This document shows, one piece after another, positions 1 through 8,284 of a DNA stretch of 37,371 bases (positions are counted from its first letter, which is position 1; each line of letters opens with the position of its first letter). The position numbers and the translations under genes are program-made. The notes under the pieces are model-generated. The model saw only the letters and a program-made list of their open reading frames with translations. It made no database searches and had not been told where the DNA came from. Source of the DNA: Gemmatimonadota bacterium (GTDB taxonomy: Bacteria; Gemmatimonadota; Gemmatimonadetes; JACCXV01; JAHWKZ01); the NCBI GenBank assembly GCA_039591175.1, contig JBDHED010000002.1, forward strand, positions 1-37,371. Direction: 5' to 3'.

Positions 1-81
1 GTAATTCGGACAGGACCCGGCTTTGTGACCCAGGAAACGGCCGCCGACGTGATCGATCTATCCGCGCGTGGCATTCGCTAG
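1..81 (+). CDS. 3' end of a periplasmic sugar-binding protein of the downstream ABC transporter (partial, start lies outside the window)
   Basis: Frame 1 is open from the window edge (..GFVTQETAADVIDLSARGIR*) to TAG at 79-81, 15 nt upstream of the permease gene. The call rests on position only. Confidence 0.4.
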   Translation, partial: VIRTGPGFVTQETAADVIDLSARGIR

Positions 82-96
82 GCTCTCGATAGTCAA

Positions 97-1077
97 TTGA
101 AGCAAGCGCTAGGCCGGCGGCCGGAGCTCGGCGCGGTGGCGGCCGCGCTCGCCGTGTGGGGCTTCTTCGCGCTCGCCGCCGGCGAGCCGTTCCGCAGCAC
201 GCTCGGAACAGCCGCCTACTTGAACGCTGCCGCACCCCTCGGCATCCTCGCCGTCGCTGTCTCGCTGCTCATGATCGGCGGTGAGTTCGACCTTTCGGTC
301 GGTTCGATCATCGGTTTCGCTTCCATGTCGCTGATGCTCTTGACGACTCATTTTGACTGGCCGCTGTGGCTCGCCATTGGAGCCGTCTTCGTGCTATCTG
401 CTCTGGTCGGCTTGTTCAACGGCTTGTTGGTCGTTCGCACTGGTTTGCCATCGTTCATCGTGACGCTAGGTACGCTGTTCGCCTTTCGCGGTCTCACGAT
501 CGCGCTCAGCCGCCATTGGACAGGTCGCACGCAGCTCAGTGGGCTGGACTCGGTACCCGGCTATGACCCCGCACGCCAAGTTTTCGCCAGCGATGTGTTC
601 GGCGTGTTTCGTGTTTCGATCGTCTGGTGGCTGATCCTAATCGCAGTCGCGACTTGGATCCTGCTGAGAACACCGCTCGGAAACTGGATCTTTGCGGTCG
701 GTGGAGACGCCCGTGCCGCGCGCAGTGCGGGCGTTCCCGTGGACCGGGTCAAACTGGGGTTGTTTGTCGCCACCGCGTTGGCGGCGTGTTTGGTGGCCGT
801 TCTGCAGACGGTGCGCTTCACCGGAGCAGATGTTCTGCGCGGGGAGCTGCAGGAGTTTCGCGCCATCGCTGCGGCGGTGATCGGCGGCACGCTCTTGACG
901 GGTGGTTACGGGTCAGCGGTCGGAGCTGCGCTGGGGGCTCTCATCTTTGGCATGGTTCAGCAGGGGATCGTCATGACCCGAGTCGATGCGGACTGGTTTC
1001 AGGTCTTCCTGGGCATCGTTCTGCTGGCAGCGGTTATCGTCAACCATACGCTTCGGCAACGGGCGCTCTCAGCGTGA
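97..1077 (+). CDS. Sugar ABC transporter permease (RbsC/FrcC-type, multi-TM)
   Basis: 326 aa and highly hydrophobic, with motifs typical of monosaccharide ABC permeases (GGEFDLSVGS, IVTLGTLFAFRG, AIAAAVIGGT). TTG start. The stop overlaps the start of the ATPase gene (GTGA). Confidence 0.85.
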   Translation: MKQALGRRPELGAVAAALAVWGFFALAAGEPFRSTLGTAAYLNAAAPLGILAVAVSLLMIGGEFDLSVGSIIGFASMSLMLLTTHFDWPLWLAIGAVFVLSALVGLFNGLLVVRTGLPSFIVTLGTLFAFRGLTIALSRHWTGRTQLSGLDSVPGYDPARQVFASDVFGVFRVSIVWWLILIAVATWILLRTPLGNWIFAVGGDARAARSAGVPVDRVKLGLFVATALAACLVAVLQTVRFTGADVLRGELQEFRAIAAAVIGGTLLTGGYGSAVGAALGALIFGMVQQGIVMTRVDADWFQVFLGIVLLAAVIVNHTLRQRALSA

Positions 1078-1820
1078 CTACCAAACGCCCACCGCTGCTC
1101 GAAGCCGATCACGTATCGAAACGGTTTGGCGCCGTGACCGCGCTGGACGACGTGTCGCTGACGGTCGATCGTGGCGAGGTGACGTGTCTGCTGGGCGATA
1201 ACGGCGCTGGTAAGTCGACGCTGGTCAAGATTCTGGCTGGCGTTCATTCGCCCACTGGTGGGGAACTCCGCGTCGACGGTCGATCGGTCACTTTTCCGTC
1301 CCCGCGCGATGCTCGCAAGCACGGAATCGCGACAGTGTATCAAGATTTGGCGTTGATTCCGCTCATGCCGGTGTGGCGCAATTTCTTCTTGGGCAGTGAA
1401 CCGACGGTTGGACTTGGCCCGTTGCGCCGGATCGACGTCCAACGGTGTCGTGCGGTCGCCACCGAGCAACTCGAGCAACTCGGCATCGCGGTTCACGATC
1501 CCGATCAATCGGTGGGCACCTTGTCGGGCGGTGAACGTCAAGCTGTTGCGATCGCTCGAGCGCTGCACATGGGTGCCAGGGTGCTGTTGCTGGATGAACC
1601 GACGGCGGCGATGGGTGTGCGGCAAGCGGAGAGCGTGCTCGAGCAGGTGCGGCGGGCTCGAGATAGTGGTGTCGGTATCGTGTTGATCACCCACAACCCG
1701 CGCCACGCCGCACCCGTCGGGAATCGGTTCGTCGTCCTACGCCACGGGCGTGTCGTGGGCGACTTCTCGTCTCGAGAAGCGTCCGTCGAGCGGCTGATCT
1801 CGGCGATGACATGTTCTTAG
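1074..1820 (+). CDS. Sugar ABC transporter ATP-binding protein (single NBD, FrcA-like)
   Basis: Walker A GDNGAGKST, signature LSGGERQ, Walker B LLLDEPT. GTG at 1074 overlaps the permease TGA. The part of the track ORF upstream of 1074 overlaps the permease in another frame and is not credible. Confidence 0.9.
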   Translation: MTTKRPPLLEADHVSKRFGAVTALDDVSLTVDRGEVTCLLGDNGAGKSTLVKILAGVHSPTGGELRVDGRSVTFPSPRDARKHGIATVYQDLALIPLMPVWRNFFLGSEPTVGLGPLRRIDVQRCRAVATEQLEQLGIAVHDPDQSVGTLSGGERQAVAIARALHMGARVLLLDEPTAAMGVRQAESVLEQVRRARDSGVGIVLITHNPRHAAPVGNRFVVLRHGRVVGDFSSREASVERLISAMTCS

Positions 1821-2572
1821 CCTGGATCGGGGCTATCGCAATCGGTTTGAGCCTGGGACTTTTGGGGTCTGGGGGTTCGATCGTGACCGTGCCGGTATTG
1901 GTCTATCTCGTAGGCCAGAGCGAGAAGGTCGCGATCGCCGGTTCGCTCGGGATCGTCGGTGGAATCGCGCTAGCCGGTGCCCTTCTTTATGCCCGTCAAC
2001 GGTTGGTCGACTGGCGCAGTGTTCTCTTCTTTGGACTCCCAGGGATGGTCGGCACGTATGGGGGCGCCTGGCTGGCCAAGTTCGTCTCCGGATCGGCACA
2101 GCTCGCCGTGTTTGCCGTTGTCATGTTGCTGGCCTCCGGGTTGATGTTTCGCACCCCGGCCCGCTTCCAGAACGACCGTGGTGAGCGTCACGTTTGGAAG
2201 CTCGGGCTCGACGGCGTGATTGTCGGCATCGTGACCGGTTTTGTCGGGGTGGGCGGAGGCTTCTTGATCGTGCCTGCGCTGGCCGTGCTCGGTGGATTGC
2301 CGATGCATCGAGCCGTCGGGACGAGCTTGATGATCATCGCGCTCAAGTCGGCCAGCGGTTTTGTCAAATACCTCGCGGTGCTGTCGGAACTCGGCCTCGA
2401 GATCGACTGGTCGGTCATCGGCTTGTTTCTGCTGTTTGGAATCGTGGGGACCTTTGCGGGGCGCGCGATCGGAACACGGGTACCACAACCGGCGTTGAAA
2501 AAAGCGTTCGCTCTGTTCCTCGTCCCGGTCGCGGTTTTCATCCTCTGGGAGAACCTGCCCCAGGTGTTGTAG
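1811..2572 (+). CDS. TauE/SafE (TSUP, DUF81) family anion/sulfite exporter
   Basis: 253 aa with about 7-8 TM segments. It has the duplicated GxGGG(x)hhxVPxL motif (GSGGSIVTVPVL and GVGGGFLIVPAL). Confidence 0.85.
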   Translation: MFLAWIGAIAIGLSLGLLGSGGSIVTVPVLVYLVGQSEKVAIAGSLGIVGGIALAGALLYARQRLVDWRSVLFFGLPGMVGTYGGAWLAKFVSGSAQLAVFAVVMLLASGLMFRTPARFQNDRGERHVWKLGLDGVIVGIVTGFVGVGGGFLIVPALAVLGGLPMHRAVGTSLMIIALKSASGFVKYLAVLSELGLEIDWSVIGLFLLFGIVGTFAGRAIGTRVPQPALKKAFALFLVPVAVFILWENLPQVL

Positions 2573-2709
2573 CCAGAGTTTCCGTAGAGCCGAAATCGAC
2601 CGACTCCCCGTGTGACTGTCATACACGCCCGCTTCTCGCGACACTCATCGATGGGTTCGGGGTAGTACCCGACCATGGGTTGCGATCACGATGAGAAGGA
2701 GGGTCATTC

Positions 2710-3807
2710 ATGACGATTTCTGGAGTCAGGCCGTTAGTCGAACGTGTTGTTGTTAGTGTGCTGTTGGTCGGGTTCTTGGCGGCCTGCTCTGATAACAGCA
2801 ATGGGCCAGCGGGTCCCGTTGGGACAACCGAGCCGGAAGCGCTCGACGTGGCCACCGCCAGTGCAGAGCTCAATCGTGTTGAGGTCGTATTTGCCGATGA
2901 AGACTGGGCGAGCTTCCGCGCGCTAAGCGTTCCGATCGACCTGGGCGACTTTGGGTTCTTGATCGAGCCGAGCACGTTGGAAGCACTGGTCGCATCGCCG
3001 ACACGGTCCGAGGCTCGGGCCGGAACTATTCGAGCGATCCGAGGATTGATCGACGGTGGTATCCATGCCGATCAACTGATCTCCGACAGTTCGCTCGGCA
3101 TGACGTTTGTCTACGATCCGGCTCAGAACAAGTACGTCGCTGATCCGTCGCGCACCGGTGCTCCGGCAAACGGGATCCGGTTGATCCTCTACGCGACGAC
3201 CTCAATCGGTGAGCCTGATGTCACGCAGGAATCGGGTCACGCTGATTTGAGTGACAACGGTGCAGGTGTGGATGGGATCGATCTCAGGTTCGAGGTCGTC
3301 AATGAAGGGCAGACGTTCCTCGATTACTCGGTTCGCGCCCAAGGCGACAACGGATCTGGCTCGATCGGTATCGAGGGCTTTGTTCAGGGTGATGACGATC
3401 GGCTCGACTTCGATCTGGCAGCCGAGGGTGATATCGGCGGGTTCGAGCTCGACGTTCAGGTCGAGAACGCGTCCAGCGATTTCCGCGTCGATGCATCGAT
3501 CGACGGTGAGATCGACGCGGGCGAGATCGGACTCGAAGTCCACTACGGGGACCAGTCGGTCACGATCGAGATCGAGGGGTCGGCTGATTCGCTGGAAGCG
3601 GAGTTCTATCTCAACGGCGAACTGTTCGCGACCGCCAGTGGAGATCCCGATGATCCTTCGATCTTGGGCGCCGATGGCGAACCACTGACACCGGAAGAGT
3701 TCCTGGTTCTTTTTCAGATCTACGATCTGGCCGAGGACCTGTTTACGCTGTTCGGCGATCTCACTGCCCCCGTGGGGTTGATCATTCTGTTGGGTATCCT
3801 CTTCTAA
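2710..3807 (+). CDS. Acidic lipoprotein of unknown function
   Basis: Strong RBS GAAGGAGGG upstream. Signal peptide with lipobox LAAC|S. The mature part is very rich in D/E/G with beta-like repeats, and the C-terminus is a short hydrophobic tail (VGLIILLGILF). Confidence 0.75.
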   Translation: MTISGVRPLVERVVVSVLLVGFLAACSDNSNGPAGPVGTTEPEALDVATASAELNRVEVVFADEDWASFRALSVPIDLGDFGFLIEPSTLEALVASPTRSEARAGTIRAIRGLIDGGIHADQLISDSSLGMTFVYDPAQNKYVADPSRTGAPANGIRLILYATTSIGEPDVTQESGHADLSDNGAGVDGIDLRFEVVNEGQTFLDYSVRAQGDNGSGSIGIEGFVQGDDDRLDFDLAAEGDIGGFELDVQVENASSDFRVDASIDGEIDAGEIGLEVHYGDQSVTIEIEGSADSLEAEFYLNGELFATASGDPDDPSILGADGEPLTPEEFLVLFQIYDLAEDLFTLFGDLTAPVGLIILLGILF

Positions 3808-3832
3808 ACTGCACGCACAGCGGTCCCTTCCA

Positions 3833-3871
3833 AGCGCGCGCCTGACCGTTCGTCGGGCGCGCGCTTTTTTG
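3833..3871 (+). terminator. Rho-independent terminator
   Basis: A 10-bp GC-rich stem (AGCGCGCGCC at 3833-3842 pairs with GGCGCGCGCT at 3856-3865), a 13-nt loop, then a T-run to 3870. It lies 26 nt after the lipoprotein stop. Confidence 0.8.
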
Positions 3872-3962
3872 TCCGCTGCCGAGCGGGCACTTCGCATCTA
3901 TTATTGAGTTTGGTTAATCCGTGCTCGCGATCTCGAATCATCCAGCGAACTGGAGCGCCACC

Positions 3963-5519
3963 ATGGATATCAAGGGTCCGATCTCCCGTCGTGCGCTGCT
4001 CGGTTACGGGCTCGCATCATCGACCGCGGCCCTCATCCCCGATTTGCGGTTAAATGAGCTGTGGGCGACTGCAACGCAGCCCGCTCGAGCCCCACAATCC
4101 ACACCGACGATGGGCGATGAACCGTGGATAATGTCGGCATCCGATTTGGCGGCTGCGATCCGCGATCGCCGGATCACCAGCCGAGCCGTTGTCGAATCCC
4201 ATCTGGAGCGGATCGCGGAGGTCAATTCGGCGGTAAACGCAATTACGGTGGTGCTCGAGGAGCCGGCGATGCGAGCTGCGGAAGAAGCGGACCGGGCCGT
4301 CGACTTTGGGGGCGAGATCGGTCCGTTGCACGGTGTTCCGTTCACGGTCAAGGAGAATATCGATGTTGCGGGGTCGGCGACGACGATGGGTGTTGTAGGA
4401 CTCGAAGGAGAAATCCCACCGGTTGACGCGCCGCTTGTGGCCCAGCTCAAGGCCGCCGGCGCGATCCCGCTGGCCCGTACGAACATGCCCGACTTCGCGT
4501 TGCGATGGCATACCAAGAGCTCGTTGCGTGGTGCAACGGCAAACCCTTGGGACCGCACACGGACCCCTGGCGGATCGAGCGGAGGTGACGCCGTCGCTCT
4601 GGCGTTGGGGATGACGCCGCTGGGTGTAGGAAACGACTACGGCGGCTCGCTTCGTTACCCAGCTCAATGTTGTGGGGTGTGCTCGATTCGGCCCACGCGG
4701 GGGCGTGTTCCCGACAGGTCGGCGACGGCGCCGGCGGAGTTTCCGATCACCATCCAGCTGTTTGCGACCAACGGACCGATGGCGCGTCACGTTCGCGATC
4801 TACGGATCACTCTTGGCGCGATGAGCGGGCCAGATCCTCGCGACCCTTGGTGGGTCCCGGCCCCGTCGGAGGGCCCGTCCGTGGGTCGTCCGATTAAGGT
4901 GGCGGTGACGATGGATCCGAGCGGGCAGGGAATCGATCCGGACGTCGCCGATGGTGTCGCAAAGGCGGCCGACGCGTTGTCGAACGCCGGCTATGCGGTC
5001 GAAGAGGTCGATTTGCCAGCGGTCGATGAGGCGGCTGCTCTCTGGACACGTGTGGTGGCAGCCGAGCTGCGAACCGACTTCGTACCCGCGGTGCAGGAAC
5101 TCCTGGCCCGGGACTCGTATAGGGTGCTCAACGATCTTTTTTCGGTGGTGCCCGAGCTAACCCTTCGCGGCTACATGCGCGCGCTGGCGGATCGAAATGG
5201 TATCGCTCGCCAGTGGACGCAGTTTGCGCAGAAGTATCCGTTGGTCCTGGGTCCCGTTTCTACGCAGCAACCGTTCGCGGTCGGTGATGACCTGCGGGGA
5301 ACGGACGCGGCTCTGTGGATACTTCGCTCGATGCGACTTGTCGTGACCGCGAACTTGCTCGGGCTTCCGGCAGCCGCCGTGCCCGTGGGGCTCGCCAACG
5401 GGCTTCCACAGGCCGTTCAGGTGATCGGTCCACTGTATCGGGAAGACTTGTGCTTGGATGCCGCCGAGGCGATCGAGAACGAGCTCGGTGTCCTGACGCC
5501 GATCGACCCGCGAAAGTAG
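3963..5519 (+). CDS. Amidase-signature (AS) family amidase with a Tat signal peptide
   Basis: Twin-arginine motif SRRALLG. AS motifs PFTVKENIDVAG and GGSSGG. I chose ATG 3963 because it has GGAG 7 nt upstream. GTG 3921 (the track start) has no RBS. Confidence 0.85.
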   Translation: MDIKGPISRRALLGYGLASSTAALIPDLRLNELWATATQPARAPQSTPTMGDEPWIMSASDLAAAIRDRRITSRAVVESHLERIAEVNSAVNAITVVLEEPAMRAAEEADRAVDFGGEIGPLHGVPFTVKENIDVAGSATTMGVVGLEGEIPPVDAPLVAQLKAAGAIPLARTNMPDFALRWHTKSSLRGATANPWDRTRTPGGSSGGDAVALALGMTPLGVGNDYGGSLRYPAQCCGVCSIRPTRGRVPDRSATAPAEFPITIQLFATNGPMARHVRDLRITLGAMSGPDPRDPWWVPAPSEGPSVGRPIKVAVTMDPSGQGIDPDVADGVAKAADALSNAGYAVEEVDLPAVDEAAALWTRVVAAELRTDFVPAVQELLARDSYRVLNDLFSVVPELTLRGYMRALADRNGIARQWTQFAQKYPLVLGPVSTQQPFAVGDDLRGTDAALWILRSMRLVVTANLLGLPAAAVPVGLANGLPQAVQVIGPLYREDLCLDAAEAIENELGVLTPIDPRK

Positions 5520-5528
5520 AGAGCAAAC

Positions 5529-6125
5529 ATGGCCTGGATTCACCAAGTTCCGATCGACGACGCTACCGGGCGCCTTCGGGAGCATTTCGATGCCGCTATC
5601 CGTCGCGCTGGTCGGGTGTGGAATATCGTTCACATCATGAGCCTAAACCCGCGTGTCCTGGAATCGAGCATGCGGTTGTACATCGACATAATGCGTGGCC
5701 GGTCGCCGCTGACGCGCGCACAGCGAGAACTCTTGGCGACGGTTGTGTCCTCCGAGCTCGATTGTCACTATTGAACGCAAGCCCATGCCAACGATCTCCG
5801 GGAAGAGATCGCGGGTCAATTCACGACGGGAGACGAGGCCGATGCGTACGTGCACGCGGTAGTGAGGGATTGGCGCTCGGCTCCGTTGTCAGAGGTCGAT
5901 CGCGAGCTTTGTGCGTTCGCAACCAGGCTGACCCACCACCAACACGATATGGCGCCGGCCGACCTAGATGCGCTGCGCGAGCGTGGACTCGCCGATGATG
6001 CGATACATGACGCCGTTCAGGTGATCGGTTACTTCAACTACATCAGCCGCATCGCCGACTCGTTGGGCGTCGAGGCTGAGACGTTCATTCCCACGTGGGG
6101 TGGCGCGCCAAAGGAAACGGGATGA
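5529..6125 (+). CDS. AhpD/carboxymuconolactone decarboxylase (CMD) family peroxidase-related protein; putative selenoprotein (in-frame UGA at 5772-5774)
   Basis: Track ORFs 5529..5774 and 5850..6125 are in the same frame and are separated only by TGA. Read-through gives ..SSELDCHY[U]TQAHANDLREE.., which is the family CxxCxxxH redox motif with UGA at the second Cys position. A hairpin follows 17 nt downstream of the UGA. Confidence 0.6.
5787..5816 (+). promoter_or_regulatory. Candidate bacterial SECIS stem-loop
   Basis: Upper stem CGATCTC (5792-5798) pairs with GAGATCG (5805-5811). Apical loop CGGGAA. A 2x2 internal loop separates it from a 3-bp lower stem (5787-5789 with 5814-5816). The apical loop starts 24 nt after the UGA, which is within the usual bacterial SECIS spacing. 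Confidence 0.5.
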
Positions 6126-6466
6126 ATCGACAGGCGTTGACGATTTGCACGGTTCTACTAGCGATTGATTGTACCGACGGCGTCAATCAGCCTAGCCACG
6201 AGATTCAGGTGCGTCACCAGCGAGACATGGTTTACGAGCTCGATGTGATTCGGAAGGCGGACCGGGCCGTCGTGCAGATCATCGAGGTCCGCAACGGCAT
6301 CGATCCGTCGGAACTGGGCGCTACCGAGTTGGTCGATATCGATGGGGACGGTCACCCGGATCTTCGAGTGCTAGGCGGAGAGGCACGTGGCGAAGCTTGG
6401 CACAAGGTCTGGGTTTACGATCCTGAAGAGGAAGGGTTTGTCTGGTCCCACACCACGGAGCAGTGA
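6122..6466 (+). CDS. Small hypothetical protein with a possible N-terminal export or anchor segment
   Basis: The ATG overlaps the upstream stop (ATGA). N-terminus MNRQALTICTVLLAIDC. A DIDGDGHPD motif resembles an FG-GAP or Ca-binding loop. I recognise no family. Confidence 0.55.
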   Translation: MNRQALTICTVLLAIDCTDGVNQPSHEIQVRHQRDMVYELDVIRKADRAVVQIIEVRNGIDPSELGATELVDIDGDGHPDLRVLGGEARGEAWHKVWVYDPEEEGFVWSHTTEQ

Positions 6467-6467
6467 G

Positions 6468-6839
6468 ATGATCGATCATGTAACTCTGAACGTAACTGAC
6501 CTGGCTCGAAGCCGTGTGTTCTACGAGCAGGCCTTGGCCCCGCTCGGGTACGAGGTCGTGAAGGAGTTCCTCGTGGCCGCCGGGTTTGGGCAAAAGGAAA
6601 CGGGAAAGCCCGACTTCTGGGTCGTTCAGCGCGAGCCGCTTCACACCAAAGTTCACGTCGCTTTCGGTTGCCCGAGCCGGCACCTCGTTGATGCGTTCTA
6701 CACGGCCGCGATCGCCGCCGGCGGGGAGGACAACGGCCCGCCCGGGATTCGCGAGATGTATCACCCCGACTACTATGGTGCGTTCGTCCTGGACCCTGAC
6801 GGCAACAACGTAGAAGCCGTTTGTCGACAGCAAGAGTAG
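6468..6839 (+). CDS. VOC (glyoxalase/bleomycin resistance/dioxygenase) family protein
   Basis: MIDHVTLNVTDLARSRVFYE.. at the N-terminus and ..DPDGNNVEAV at the C-terminus are typical of the VOC fold. The ATG lies 1 nt after the upstream stop. Confidence 0.85.
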   Translation: MIDHVTLNVTDLARSRVFYEQALAPLGYEVVKEFLVAAGFGQKETGKPDFWVVQREPLHTKVHVAFGCPSRHLVDAFYTAAIAAGGEDNGPPGIREMYHPDYYGAFVLDPDGNNVEAVCRQQE

Positions 6840-8284
6840 TGCCACCCCCAGGCCACGACATTCGCTACATCTGCCTGTCAGACCTGCACTTGGGGGAGCA
6901 GGAGAGCGTCCTGACACCGCTCAAGCCACCTGGCCCCGGGAACGGCGTGCCCACCGCGGCACCGATGTTGGAGCGGCTGGCTGCGTGCTTGCGGCACGTG
7001 GTTGAGCAAAACGAAGGTGACCAGCTCCCGACGCTGATCGTAGCGGGTGACGGGCTTGGACTCGCCTTTGGGTCCTACCAGGAGACGCTGACGCTATTTG
7101 GCTTCTTGATGGAGAGTCTGTTCGAGCCTGGTGCCGAAGTGTGTGACTCGATCGTGTACATCCCCGGCAATCATGACCATCACATCTGGGAGCTGGCGCG
7201 CGAAGCCGGCTACGCGCGCCAGGTCGGAGATAGCGACAAGCGACACGCTCTCCCGCCATCGGTGCACGTCACGTCCCCGCTGCCCACCGCGGGATTGCCC
7301 TCGGACTTGCTGAATAGTCTGGCCACTCGAATCGGTGGTGGAGGAGAGCCTGTCACACGTGTCGACGTGATCTACCCGAATCTGGCATTGGTGCGGGAGT
7401 CGAGCGACCGGTGTGTGCTGATTCACCACGGACATTATGCCGAGGATGTCTATCGCTTTTTCAGCATCGCACGACGCGCGCTCTTCCCTGGACGCCCCGC
7501 GCCGGCGACGGTCGAGGAGATCGAGAACGAGAACTATGCGTGGGTTGACTTCGTCTGGTCGTTGCTGGGGCGCTCGGGCGAAGCCGGCCGAGATTTCGAG
7601 GCTTTGTTCTTGACGCTTCGGAATCCCGATCACGTTCGGGCTCGCGCCAGCGAGCTTGCAGCGCGCATGGCCAAAGCGCTCGACCTCCCGTTGTTGCCGT
7701 CGGAACGGCTCGAGCGCATGGTGATCAAGAAGAGTCTCGACTGGTATGCAGGGCGGTTTGTCACCGAGCGTTTCGTCCGCGACGGACCGTACTCCGAGAG
7801 CACGATGGAAGGACTACAGAAATACGTGTTTGGGCCGTCATTCCGACAACTGGAGGAAGCGATCGGGCACGTTCCCAGCGACCTGACGGTCGTGTTTGGC
7901 CACACCCACAAACCGTTCGAGAGTATCGTGTCCCCGAAGGGCGTCGAGCGCGAGGTAAAGGTCTTTAACACCGGTGGGTGGACAATCGATTCACAGCGGC
8001 CATTCGAACAGATCGGAGCCGCGATCCTGTTTATGAACGACGCGCTTGATGTCGCCTCGCTACGGCTTTACAACGATGGTCCAGGTGGGGGCACGGTGTT
8101 GCTTGACGTCCACGACGCCGAGGGGCGGCCCGGTGGCAGCGAGTTTGGCGCAACCTTGGAAGAGCGATTACGTGGAGGTGCAGGTCGAGTCAACCTGGCC
8201 GATGCTTGGGACGATCTGGGTGCGTCGCTGCATGGCCGGATCAAGCGGCGACGAGAACTCGATCGATTGCAGGCCGACGCTTGA
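6839..8284 (+). CDS. Calcineurin-like metallophosphoesterase with a long uncharacterised C-terminal region
   Basis: MPE motifs are present in order: SDLHLG, AGDGL, PGNHDHH, HHGHY, GHTHKP. GTG 6839 overlaps the VOC TAG. TTG 6821 is an alternative start. Confidence 0.8.
   Translation: MPPPGHDIRYICLSDLHLGEQESVLTPLKPPGPGNGVPTAAPMLERLAACLRHVVEQNEGDQLPTLIVAGDGLGLAFGSYQETLTLFGFLMESLFEPGAEVCDSIVYIPGNHDHHIWELAREAGYARQVGDSDKRHALPPSVHVTSPLPTAGLPSDLLNSLATRIGGGGEPVTRVDVIYPNLALVRESSDRCVLIHHGHYAEDVYRFFSIARRALFPGRPAPATVEEIENENYAWVDFVWSLLGRSGEAGRDFEALFLTLRNPDHVRARASELAARMAKALDLPLLPSERLERMVIKKSLDWYAGRFVTERFVRDGPYSESTMEGLQKYVFGPSFRQLEEAIGHVPSDLTVVFGHTHKPFESIVSPKGVEREVKVFNTGGWTIDSQRPFEQIGAAILFMNDALDVASLRLYNDGPGGGTVLLDVHDAEGRPGGSEFGATLEERLRGGAGRVNLADAWDDLGASLHGRIKRRRELDRLQADA

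Noticed and set aside
627-1073. N-terminal 149 codons of track ORF 627..1820
   Set aside because: This part overlaps the well-supported permease CDS in another frame and is Arg/Gly-rich nonsense. The ABC ATPase homology begins at GTG 1074, which is coupled to the permease stop.
999-2644. Antisense ORFs 999..1706 and 1970..2644 (minus strand)
   Set aside because: They lie opposite the ABC ATPase and TauE genes and have shadow-ORF composition.
5529-6125. Reading the TGA at 5772-5774 as a plain nonsense mutation (pseudogene) or as the boundary of two small genes
   Set aside because: Not fully excluded, but less likely. The stop sits exactly at the redox Cys position, the downstream frame stays intact for 117 codons, the 5850 Met has no RBS, and a SECIS-like hairpin is correctly spaced.
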